Assembly: GCA_965198115.1 (NCBI GenBank) | Contig: OZ240241.1 | Span: forward strand, 4,736,001 to 4,800,000 | Direction of reading: 5' to 3' | Source of the DNA: Candidatus Latescibacterota bacterium | GTDB taxonomy: Bacteria > Latescibacterota > UBA2968 | DNA: 64,000 nt | Shown: positions 9,973 to 19,566 of the stretch, one piece after another | How the letters are laid out: the number at the start of each line of letters is the position of its first letter | Position numbering within the stretch: the first letter of the stretch is position 1 | Position numbers and translations under genes: made by a program | Notes under the pieces: generated by a model | Database searches by the model: none | What the model saw: the letters and a program-made list of their open reading frames with translations, nothing else | Told to the model about the DNA's origin: nothing

Positions 9973-11253
9973 ATGACTCTATCGACGACTTCACGTACGG
10001 GACTCTTCCTCGACCTCGGGGATACCCTCGTCCGAACCCGAGACGACGAAATCCACCTGACCGCGGACGGACGCGTCACCTTCCTGCCGAACGTGATCGA
10101 TCTACTCAGATCCCGTGCTACCGACTTCGACACTGTCTTCGTCATCACGAATCAGTCCGGGATCGAAAGAGGATACCTCACACCAGAAATCTCCAATGCC
10201 ATATGCGAGCAGATCGATCAGGCAATGCACGGTAAACTGACCGACTTCTGGGCGTCGCCTCTCAAGGCATCGGCCTATCGGAAACCGAACACGGGAATGA
10301 TCCTGGGCCTCGCAGATAAGCACTACATCGACCTCGAACGATCGACAATGGTCGGCGACTCGGAGAGCGACCGTCAGGCTGCTGAAGCTGCGGGAATCGG
10401 GACGTTCCTCTGGGCGAATGAGTTCTTCGGTTGGGAGAATGAGGACGGTGCAGAGGGAACGGAAATACTGACCCCTCGCAGTCCCCTCCACGAAAACGAA
10501 GTCTTCAAACGGGGCGACGTCGTCATCAAAGACGCCAGTGAGTGGACTGCTTCCGTGCATACGTTGCTGCGCCATCTCGAAGCACGTGACTTCCCCGCGC
10601 CACGGCTCGTCGGATCGGGTCGAGACGAGACCGGTCGAGAAACGCTCTCATACATCGACGGCGATGTGGGATGGACTGGCGCACTCAGTCTCGAAGACGC
10701 CATCGCGATCGGTCAGATGATCCGGCGTCTTCACGATGCGACGGCAACGTTCACCCCGCCACCCGATGCGGAATGGTACCCCTGGTGCGGCCGATCGCTT
10801 GGCGGACCCGATCGTGTCATCGGCCATTGTGATATTGCACCGTGGAACATCATCTGTCGCGATGGTCGGCCGGTCGCGTTCATCGACTGGGACTTCGCCG
10901 GACCCACGGACCCGCGAGTCGACCTCGCCCAGGCCTGCTGGCTTTCGGCCAAGCTACACGACGATCTCGTCGCGGAGCACGAGGGATTGCCGCCACTGGA
11001 AGATCGGGCCAGGATCCTTCGCGCCATCGTCGACGGATACGGTCTGTCCGCGGATCAGCGTGCCGGCTTCATCGACCTCATCATCGAATTCATCATCCAC
11101 TTCAATGCCTGGCAAGCCGACGAATTTCACATCACGTCGCAGCAGCATCCCTCCGACCCCATCATCGGTTGGGCGTTCGCCTGGCCATCCCGTTCCGCGG
11201 CCTGGATCCACCGCCATCGAAGCACCCTTCAGAACGCGCTCACCAGGGAGTAG
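9973..11253 (+). CDS. Fusion of HAD-IIIA phosphatase and APH-family phosphotransferase
   Basis: DLGDTL, TNQSG, RKPNTGM, MVGD (HAD-IIIA); GHCDIAPWN and IDWD (APH/choline kinase fold). Confidence 0.8.
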   Translation: MTLSTTSRTGLFLDLGDTLVRTRDDEIHLTADGRVTFLPNVIDLLRSRATDFDTVFVITNQSGIERGYLTPEISNAICEQIDQAMHGKLTDFWASPLKASAYRKPNTGMILGLADKHYIDLERSTMVGDSESDRQAAEAAGIGTFLWANEFFGWENEDGAEGTEILTPRSPLHENEVFKRGDVVIKDASEWTASVHTLLRHLEARDFPAPRLVGSGRDETGRETLSYIDGDVGWTGALSLEDAIAIGQMIRRLHDATATFTPPPDAEWYPWCGRSLGGPDRVIGHCDIAPWNIICRDGRPVAFIDWDFAGPTDPRVDLAQACWLSAKLHDDLVAEHEGLPPLEDRARILRAIVDGYGLSADQRAGFIDLIIEFIIHFNAWQADEFHITSQQHPSDPIIGWAFAWPSRSAAWIHRHRSTLQNALTRE

Positions 11254-11440
11254 CCATCGACAGTTCGAAGAAGATCGAAATCCGATACCCGAGTAATGAC
11301 ATCTGATCTAAGAGATCTCAAGTATCGGATATCTCTGATCGGATCTCTGGTATCGTCCCTTCGTTTCTTGTCTTCCTCCCACGTCCGATCTCTCTCTATC
11401 TTGTTGTTCTCTTGGCCAGATCCTCACTCAGACTCACGCA

Positions 11441-12325
11441 ATGGCTCATAGCGTCTTTATCTACGGTACCCTGAAGCGGGACTTCCCCAATCACGACGAC
11501 CTAGGACTGTCCCCGTATTACGTTTCGGAAGCCAGGACTCTCGTCTCGTATCCTCTCTACGTGACGGGCCGTTGGTATTCCCCCGCCGTCGTCGACGAGC
11601 CTGGTTCGGGGTATCCGGTGACCGGCGAAGTCTACGAAGTCGACGATGCGACGCTCGCTCGAATCGATGCGCTCGAGTCCGTCGGCAGACCCGGCGGGTA
11701 TCGCCGGCTATGCGTGGAGATCGAAACGGGACAGCAACGGGAAGAGGCCTTCATCTACGTGATGGACCGACACGATCTCGAGGTGATTCATTGTGAAGAA
11801 TGCGGCAGCTATCTGGACAAACGCTACATCCATCGTCGAAAACGTCCCACGCCCCCGTGCGAATCCGTCAAAGACATCGCATTCATTGCGCACGACCCGA
11901 TGGCCTACGAGGACGTGACGGTTCGGCTCGAGTCGACGCGTCCCGCCGATCACGGACGAGCCTTCGTGCCCGCTTACAGTATGGGCGTTTACGATTCCGA
12001 AGGCGCGGTCCGTTATGGACAGATCACCTTGCGCGTGGGGGAAACCGACAACATCGTTCAATACGCCGGTCACGTCGGCTACGGCATCGACGAACCCCAT
12101 CGTGGGAAAAAACGGGCGGCCAAAGCGTGCTTCGCAATCCGCCCCCTCGTCCGAAAACATTACGTTCAGCTCATCATCACAACTAATCCCGACAACCGAG
12201 CATCCCAACGAACCCTCGACCGCATCGGCGCCCGACACATCGAAACCGTCGACGTCGACGAGAACAGCCCGACCTTCCTGATCGAAGGAAGTCGCAAAAA
12301 GATGCGCTACCTCTGGGCCCCGTAG
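11441..12325 (+). CDS. Fusion of gamma-glutamylcyclotransferase and GNAT acetyltransferase
   Basis: VFIYGTLK, GEVYEV, DALE (GGCT/AIG2-like); GHVGYGIDEPHRG, NPDNRAS (GNAT). Confidence 0.8.
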   Translation: MAHSVFIYGTLKRDFPNHDDLGLSPYYVSEARTLVSYPLYVTGRWYSPAVVDEPGSGYPVTGEVYEVDDATLARIDALESVGRPGGYRRLCVEIETGQQREEAFIYVMDRHDLEVIHCEECGSYLDKRYIHRRKRPTPPCESVKDIAFIAHDPMAYEDVTVRLESTRPADHGRAFVPAYSMGVYDSEGAVRYGQITLRVGETDNIVQYAGHVGYGIDEPHRGKKRAAKACFAIRPLVRKHYVQLIITTNPDNRASQRTLDRIGARHIETVDVDENSPTFLIEGSRKKMRYLWAP

Positions 12326-12538
12326 CATAAAGGCCTAAGCGGCCATAACAGCTGTTGACAGACGTCCGTCGTCAGTTGTCAGACCTTATCTGAGCACACA
12401 TCCGGTTGCCATCGATGTTACGAAATGGCAACCGCGGGGAACTACCGGATAGCCTCCCCGGATAGGGTCGGGATCTCCCGGTCGAGTCACATCCGTGTTC
12501 ATCTGTGGTTCCCGTCTTGTCTGGCAAGAGGCACAGCT

Positions 12539-13839
12539 TTGAGTTCGAAATCGGGAAAACCCAACATCCTCATCATCCTCGCCGACGATCACGGCTGGGG
12601 CGACGTCTCCTACCACGGCGGCCCCCACCTGCTGACGCCCAACATCGACCGAATCGCGAACAGTGGCATCCGACTGTCTCACTTCTACGCCAACTCATCC
12701 GTCTGCTCGCCCAGTCGTGCCGCCCTGTTGACCGGCCGCTACCCCGACCGGGTCGGGGTGCCAGGGGTGATCCGCACGCATTCCGACCGCAGTTGGGGCT
12801 ACTTGAGCCCGTCAGCAGTGATCCTGCCCACCGTCCTCAAAAGAGCTGGATACCACACCTCCCTGATCGGCAAATGGCACCTCGGACTCGACGGTGACAG
12901 CCATCCGTGTCACAGAGGATTTCATCATTTCAAGGGTTTCCTCGGCGATATGATGGACGACTACCTAACCCATCTGCGTCACGATATCAACTATATGCGG
13001 CTCGACACGATGGAGATCCATCCAGAGGGTCACGCAACGGATCTGTTCACCCAGTGGTCGGATCGACTATATCGAAGAACGAGAAGATCACGACCAGCCC
13101 TTCTTCCTTCTTCTCGCTTATAATGCCCCACATACACCCATCCAGCCGCCCGACGAGTGGGTCGAAAAAGTCCGAGAGCGAGAACTGAACGCTTCCGACG
13201 AACGCGTCCGATACGTCGCCCTCATCGAACATATGGATGCAGGTATCGGCCAAGTTCTCGATACGCTCGATGCGACAAACCAGCTGGAAAACACGCTCGT
13301 CATCTACACTTCGGACAACGGAGGCCAAATGACAGTCGGGGCCACCAACGGACCTTACCGAGGGCAGAAGGGCGAAATGTACGACGGTGGCATCCGCGTT
13401 CCGGCCTGTGCAATGTGGACGGATCACATCGAACCCGGATCTGAAACCGACCAGGTTGCCCTCCTGATGGATCTCTTCCCGAACGGCCTGTCTCGCGGCT
13501 GGCGCGGAGTTCGATCACGAAATCGAAGGCCGGTCTATCCTGCCGACGCTCCTCGGCCACGCACAGGACCTGGGCGACCGCGTGCTCTACTGGGTACGGC
13601 GCGAAGGCGGCTCGGACTTTTATGGACTCACACAGCAAGCTGTGAGGAAGGGAGGCCTCAAGCTGCTGCAGAACCGGCCCGACAGTCCACTCGAACTGTT
13701 CGATGTGGACGTCGATCCGTACGAATCGAGCAACCGCATAGATGATCAGGAACAATCCGAGACAATGACCGCCATCCTACGCACCGAGATCCAAAAGGCA
13801 GGCGCTGTCCCCTGGCAAAAACCTGACGATCCAGAGTGA
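12539..13839 (+). CDS. Arylsulfatase (formylglycine-dependent), frameshifts near 13062 and 13480
   Basis: KPNILIILADD, CSPSRAALLTG, GKWHLG, SDNGG, KGEMYDGGIRVP across three frames. Confidence 0.85.
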
Positions 13840-14070
13840 TCCAGCGCATTTCTCATTAGCAAAGGTCTTAGATCGGATTCTGTTCTGGCTTTCTGTTGAA
13901 ACAATTTGATTACTTGGAATCGGAAAGGAGCCGTTCCGACTACCGACACTTCGACTCCGCTCAGTGTGACGGTGCGTTGCCGGGCATTGTTTTGGCTCGA
14001 ACACTTGGTTGTAACAGCCAGGCAATGTTATTGTTGCTGCGAATCGTTTCCTGACAACTGAGGTTTCTCA

Positions 14071-15513
14071 ATGGGCATCCTACACGGGAACATCGTCGAC
14101 GCAGAGACCGGTCAACCCATCAGCGCCAAAGTCCACGTCCTGACCTCGAGCGGCCGCTTTTGCCACCCGGAGGACGCGATGCTGAAACGGGGTCCCGGTA
14201 CACCCTTCTTCTTTTGCGAAGGGTCGTTCGAAGTCACTGCGAATCGTGGACGGATCGACGTCCTTGTCGAGCGCGGGACCGAATACGAGCCGCACCGTGC
14301 CGTGGTAGAAATGCCTGCGCACGGCGCGAAAGACGTCGAGATTCGGCTAAAACGCTGGTATCACCCGCAAGAATCCAACTGGTACCCCGGCAACACCCAC
14401 ATCCACTACGATGAAAAAGAGACGCGCCCCGACGACCGTCTCGCCATCGACAGCAGCGTCGAGGGCTACAACGTCACCGTCGTCAGTGTGCTCGACCGTC
14501 GACAACTCCCCTATGCGAGCAACAAGTATCCGATCGGCGTGATGAACGAATTCACGACCGCTCACCACGTCCTCGACATCGGCGAGGAGAACCGGCACTA
14601 TGGCGAACATTCGCCCTGGGGAATGGGCTACGGCCACGTGATGTTCCTCAAACTCCGGAATCTCGTCCAGCCCGTCAGCAGAGGTCACATCCTCACTGCC
14701 CAGTTCGATCCCGACTATCCTCCCCTTTGCTTCTGCTGCGACGAAACACGCGAGCAAGGTGGCATCGTCATCTGGTGTCACAACGGCAAAGGACTGGAAG
14801 CTCCGATCGCCGCCGTCCTCGGCAAGCTCGACGCCTTCAACCTGTTCGACCCCTTCTGGGCGGATCCCGAGTACGATATTTGGTACAAACTCCTCAACTG
14901 CGGCATCCCCCTCCCCGCGTCAACCGGAACCGACTGGTTCGTCTGCTCCAACAACCGCGTCTACGTCAACACCAAGGCGGATTTCTCCTACGAAAGTTGG
15001 ATCGACGGAATGAAATCGGGCAACACATTCATCACAAACGGTCCCGCCCTCGACCTCCGAGTCAACGATCACGAGATGGGACAGACCGTCGACCTCGGAG
15101 GCGCCGGTGATCTCGACATCGAAGGCACCTTCACGTCCTTCTATCCCGTCCACAGAATCGAAATCATCCACAACGGCCACCTCGTTCACGCAGAGTCGTG
15201 GCCCGAAGGCAAGAGAGAGGGCAACATCCGCCACAAGATGAATGTCGAACGCGACGGCTGGATCGCCCTTCGCGCCTGGGGCGATCACCGGGACAGCTTT
15301 GATCAGTCCATCTACGCCCACAGCAGCCCCGTCTATTTCGATTGCGGCGTCGTCCCCGCCGAGCGAGAGGAATGCGTACAGCACTTCCTGTCCGGAATCG
15401 AAGAATCGTTCAAATGGATCGACAGCTACGGCCGCTACAGCAACGACCAGCAACGTGAGGACGTGAAAGAATTGTTCAGGAAGGGAAGAGACGCCTACAG
15501 TGCACTGCTGTAG
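14071..15513 (+). CDS. CehA/McbA family PHP-like metallohydrolase
   Basis: WYPGNTHIH, GEENRH, GHV, WCHNG, TGTD, FITNGP, AHSSPVY. Confidence 0.8.
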   Translation: MGILHGNIVDAETGQPISAKVHVLTSSGRFCHPEDAMLKRGPGTPFFFCEGSFEVTANRGRIDVLVERGTEYEPHRAVVEMPAHGAKDVEIRLKRWYHPQESNWYPGNTHIHYDEKETRPDDRLAIDSSVEGYNVTVVSVLDRRQLPYASNKYPIGVMNEFTTAHHVLDIGEENRHYGEHSPWGMGYGHVMFLKLRNLVQPVSRGHILTAQFDPDYPPLCFCCDETREQGGIVIWCHNGKGLEAPIAAVLGKLDAFNLFDPFWADPEYDIWYKLLNCGIPLPASTGTDWFVCSNNRVYVNTKADFSYESWIDGMKSGNTFITNGPALDLRVNDHEMGQTVDLGGAGDLDIEGTFTSFYPVHRIEIIHNGHLVHAESWPEGKREGNIRHKMNVERDGWIALRAWGDHRDSFDQSIYAHSSPVYFDCGVVPAEREECVQHFLSGIEESFKWIDSYGRYSNDQQREDVKELFRKGRDAYSALL

Positions 15514-15547
15514 GCCGGATCAGCTTGGCAATTGTACTCGTGTACAA

Positions 15548-15653
15548 AGGGCTAAAGCCCTTCGCTAAGAGAGCGAACCCGGCTGAAGCCGCCTATTGTC
15601 AATCAGCCCGCTTCAGCGGGCTTTGCGTTCGTAGCGTGGGGATTCATCCCCGC
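15548..15653. repeat. REPIN-like inverted pair of REP-type palindromic units
   Basis: GGGCTAAAGCCC..CGCTA..GCTGAAGC unit followed by its diverged inverted copy (GCCCGCTTCAGCGGGC...GTAGCG.GGGGATTCATCCCC). Confidence 0.7.
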
Positions 15654-15722
15654 GTGCTCTGGAACGATCGTTCATTGACCGGGTTTTCCGGTTTCGGCCA
15701 GGCAAAGTAAAGGCGAGTTCCT

Positions 15723-17073
15723 TTGAGCCAACCCAACGTCATCTGGATCTTTGGCGATCAACACCGCGCGCAGGCAACCGGTTATATGGGCGATCCCAAC
15801 GCGAGAACGCCCAATCTCGATCGAATGGTCGCCCAGGGCGTCTCCTTCAGGCAGGCCATCTCCGGTTGTCCGTGGTGCACACCCTTCCGTGGCTCCCTCA
15901 TCACCAGCCGCTACACGCATCGTGCCGTCCAGCGCACCCCACAGGCGCTCGACACGAGCCTGCCCACGATCGCCGATACCTTCAACGAAAACGGCTATCG
16001 AACGGCCTGGTTCGGCAAGTGGCACCTCACTGGCGACAACGGCTTGATTCATGTCCCTCGTGAGGCTCGCGGACGTTTCGAGACCTGGATCGGTTACGAA
16101 CAACAACGCCCAGTACAAGTGCTGGGTCCACGGCCACGACGAAGACGGCCGCGACGACACAGATCCATTGCAGGAAAAACTTGAAATCTACGAAACCGAC
16201 GCCCTAACGAATCGCTTCATCGACTACATCGAAAAACGAAAGGACGGCGATCCTTTCTTCGCCGTCCTCAGCGTCCAGCCGCCGCACGGACCCTATGTCG
16301 CACCCCCGGAGTACGAGGCGCACTACAGTCCGGAATCAATCGTACTCCGTCCCAACGTCCCGGATCTACCACGGATCACAGACCGAGTTCGGAAGGATCT
16401 CGCAGGATACTACGCACAAATCGAAAACCTGGACTGGAACGTCGGTCGTATTCTCGACACCCTGGAGAAGCTCGGACTCTACGACAACACACACGTCTTC
16501 TTCTTCAGTGACCACGACGACTCACACGGCTCGAACGGCTCGAACGGCTACTTCGCGAAGAGCAATCCTTTCGAAGAATCTCTGCGGATCCCGTGTATCG
16601 TTCGACCCGCCGGTGGTCGGCGTGTGATCGAATCGAGCGACGCGGCCTTCAACACGGTCGACTTCGCACCAACCACGATGGGGCTATGTGGGATCGACAA
16701 ACCGAACTGGGCGGAGGGCACCGACTACAGCCATCACGTCATCACCGGTCGTCCGCAACCCGAGTCGGAACCAACGTCCGCTTACACTCAACAGTGCGTT
16801 CGCAAGCAGGCCCACTTCGATCGAACCTGGCGAGGCATCCGCACCAACGACGGATGGAAGTACATTTGCATCGAGGGCCAGCCATTCGTGATGTTCAACC
16901 TGAACGAGGACCCCTACGAGACGGTCAACCTCGCCTTCCAGCACGGACACCTTGAAAAACGCCAGGAGCTGCAAACCGAGCTCGCCACCTGGATCGAGCG
17001 CACGCACGATCAGTACCCATTGCCAGAACTGTATGGGGCGACCCACGTGTCGCCCCATAGCCCACGCACGTAG
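15723..17073 (+). CDS. Sulfatase, frameshift near 16098
   Basis: PNVIWIFGDQHR, CTPFR, GKWHL; second frame PPHGPY, SDH, EESLRIP, FNLNEDPYE. Confidence 0.85.
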
Positions 17074-17105
17074 ATACGCCATCGTCCGCCAATGGAGCCG
17101 TTCGA

Positions 17106-18119
17106 ATGAACCGTGCCACACGCTTCACCCTATTGATGGTCCTCGTCACGTCTGTTCCCGCGTGGGCCTGGAATGATACCGGCCACAGACTCGTCGCTCT
17201 TATAGCCTGGGAACAGCTGCCACAAACCAGTCGCACCGAGATCGTCAGCACCCTGCGCACCCACCCTCGCTTTGCCACAGATTTCACCCTCCCCACCGAC
17301 ATCACGAAGGCCGATCGGACGACCCAGGACCGCTGGCTCTTCGCCCACGCTGCGACCTGGCCCGACATCGCCCGGGGTCTCGACGGTGAAGAAAGGAAAA
17401 CTTACCATCACGGCACGTGGCACTGGATCAACGTCCCGTTCTACCTGACCGACGCGGATCACGAAGAGTTGGAGCCCGATCTGCCCACCAACCTGGAGCT
17501 GACGTGGGACGAGGACGTCCACGGCGCTGGCCGGCTCAACGTCGTCCAATCCATCGCGCGTTCCAGACACATTCTCAAACAGAAAAGCGCTTCCTCATCC
17601 GAGAAAGCGCTCGCCATCTGCTGGTTGTTTCACACGGTTGGAGACATCCATCAGCCCGTGCACTCGACCGCTCTGTTCACGAGTCGGCGATTCAGACGCG
17701 GCGACGCGGGCGGCAACGGCATTACGATCGAAGGCGTCGAGGACCTGCACGCCTTCTGGGACGACCTGGCCACCGACGTCGTGACGCTCGCGGATCACGA
17801 CGCCCTGATCGATCGGTTCACATCCGACGCCGGGGTCGTTCGGCAAGCGGTCACCGGCGCCCAAACGACGGAAACGGTCGGTTGGCTCGACGAAAGCCAC
17901 GACCTCGCCCGCGACGTTGTCTACAACGACCTCATCCTCGACACCGTGGCCGCGAACGAAGCCGTCTATGACACGTCCAAGTCCTGGCGCGACCAACCTT
18001 ATCTTCCCGAGGTCGCGCTATCGGATCATTACCGCCGTCGAGCCGAACGCGTCGCCATTCGCCGCCTCGTCCTCGCCGGCCACCGCCTCGCCGTCGTACT
18101 CAGAGAGGTTGGATTTTAG
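17106..18119 (+). CDS. Secreted S1/P1 nuclease
   Basis: Signal peptide ending AWA then WNDTGH; ATWPD, WHWIN, HTVGDIHQPVH, GGN, LHAFWD. Confidence 0.9.
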   Translation: MNRATRFTLLMVLVTSVPAWAWNDTGHRLVALIAWEQLPQTSRTEIVSTLRTHPRFATDFTLPTDITKADRTTQDRWLFAHAATWPDIARGLDGEERKTYHHGTWHWINVPFYLTDADHEELEPDLPTNLELTWDEDVHGAGRLNVVQSIARSRHILKQKSASSSEKALAICWLFHTVGDIHQPVHSTALFTSRRFRRGDAGGNGITIEGVEDLHAFWDDLATDVVTLADHDALIDRFTSDAGVVRQAVTGAQTTETVGWLDESHDLARDVVYNDLILDTVAANEAVYDTSKSWRDQPYLPEVALSDHYRRRAERVAIRRLVLAGHRLAVVLREVGF

Positions 18120-18133
18120 TTCACGCTCGTTAT

Positions 18134-18183
18134 CCGGGGTTCTCCGAACCCGGGCTATCGACACGACCCCGTTGGGGTCGAAA
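18134..18183. repeat. REP-like double hairpin, related copy near 5542-5576
   Basis: CCGGGGTTC..GAACCCGGG followed by CGACCCC-gtt-GGGGTCG; reverse complement resembles GACCCCGAAGGGATCG...CAGCCC at 5548. Confidence 0.5.
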
Positions 18184-18240
18184 ACGAGACATTTCAGTTT
18201 CTCGCAGCCTCCCTCAGATCTTTCGCGTCTTTGAGCCTTA

Positions 18241-19502
18241 GTGCATGGTTTCATAAACATTATTACGTATGTCCTGAACATTATTTGTAGCTTATGTTCT
18301 CCTTCAAAAGGAGGAGAACAATGCCAAGACGTTCGCCTTATGTGGTGCTACTGTCTGAGAAGGAACGGGTCGACCTCGAGCGAATGGCTGGACAATATAC
18401 GTTACCGTATTATCAAGTGATCCGATCGAAAATCGTGCTTCTCGCCGCCGAGGGATTATCCAACAAGATTATCGCCCAACGGTTGGATGTCCCGCGTCCG
18501 ATCGTAAGCAAATGGCGTAAGCGCTTTTTCGAAGAGCGTCTTTCGGGACTCGAAGATAGATCTCGTCCCGGGCGCCCGCCCGGTTTTCCCCCCTCAGGTG
18601 GTCGTTCAGATCAAGGCGCTGGCGTGTGAACTACCGAGCGAGAGCGGGATACCGCTCTCGCGGTTCAGCTGTTCCGAGATTGCCGCCGAGGCAGTGCAAA
18701 GGGGCTTCGTTGCCAAGATCAGCGGCGCCACTGTCTGGCGCTGGTTGAACGAGGACGCGATTCGTCCTTGGTATCATCGCTCCTGGATTTTCCCACGGGA
18801 CCCGGACTTCCAAACCAAAGCAGGTAGAGTCCTTGATCTGTATCACCGCCAATGGCAAGGAAAGCCTTTAGGGCCGAGGGAATATGTACTTTCTGCCGAC
18901 GAAAAGACCAGTATTCAAGCACGAGCTCGCAAGCACGTTACCCTACCGCCAGCCTCGAACAGAGCGGCACGCGTTGAAACACGAATACGAGCGGAAAGGA
19001 GCCCTGGCCTATCTGGCTGCTCTCGACGTGCACAATGGTCGAATCTTCGGTCTCTGTGAGTCTTCTTCGGGTATCGAGCCCTTCAACCGGCTCCTGAGCC
19101 TGATCATGAGCCGGAAACCCTATTGCTCGGCAAAGAAAGTCTACCTCATCGTGGATAATGGCTCCTCGCACCGAGGGCAAACATGCATCGACCGTATCCA
19201 GGGGAAGTGGCCAAACATCCACCCCGTTCACCTTCCGATCCACGCAAGCTGGCTCAATCAGATCGAGATCTACTTCTCGATCCTCAAACGCAAGGCTCTG
19301 ACACCTATCGAATTTGCATCGCTCGAAGAGCTTGAGGCAAGAATCCTCGGTTTTCAGGAACGCTACGGACGTATCGCCACACCCTTCAAATGGAAGTTCA
19401 CACGAACAGATCTCGCGGAGATGATCGACAAACTCAGGTTCTACGATACGCCCTTGGCAAAGTCTGCTTAGAATACGTCACCGTATTTGAGAACAGGAGT
19501 AC
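18241..19502 (+). mobile_element. IS630-family insertion sequence (type A)
   Basis: Flanking TA duplication (18239-40, 19503-04), imperfect terminal IRs ending ACGTAT; transposase with HTH, ADEK, DNGSSH, SWLNQIE. Confidence 0.9.
18321..19471 (+). CDS. IS630 transposase in three frames (slippery T4C6 at 18584; further indel near 18976)
   Basis: ORFs 18294..18629, 18598..19059 and 18884..19471 together give HTH plus DDE domain. Confidence 0.85.
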
Positions 19503-19566
19503 TAAGCGTCTTCGCGTCCCTGGCGTGCATTCTGCGTAATGTAGCCATTCGTCTCGGTGTAACTAT

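Noticed and set aside
16526-16549. 9-bp tandem duplication ACGGCTCGA in the sulfatase (GSNGSNG)
   Set aside because: Single in-frame slip or read artefact with no sign of function.
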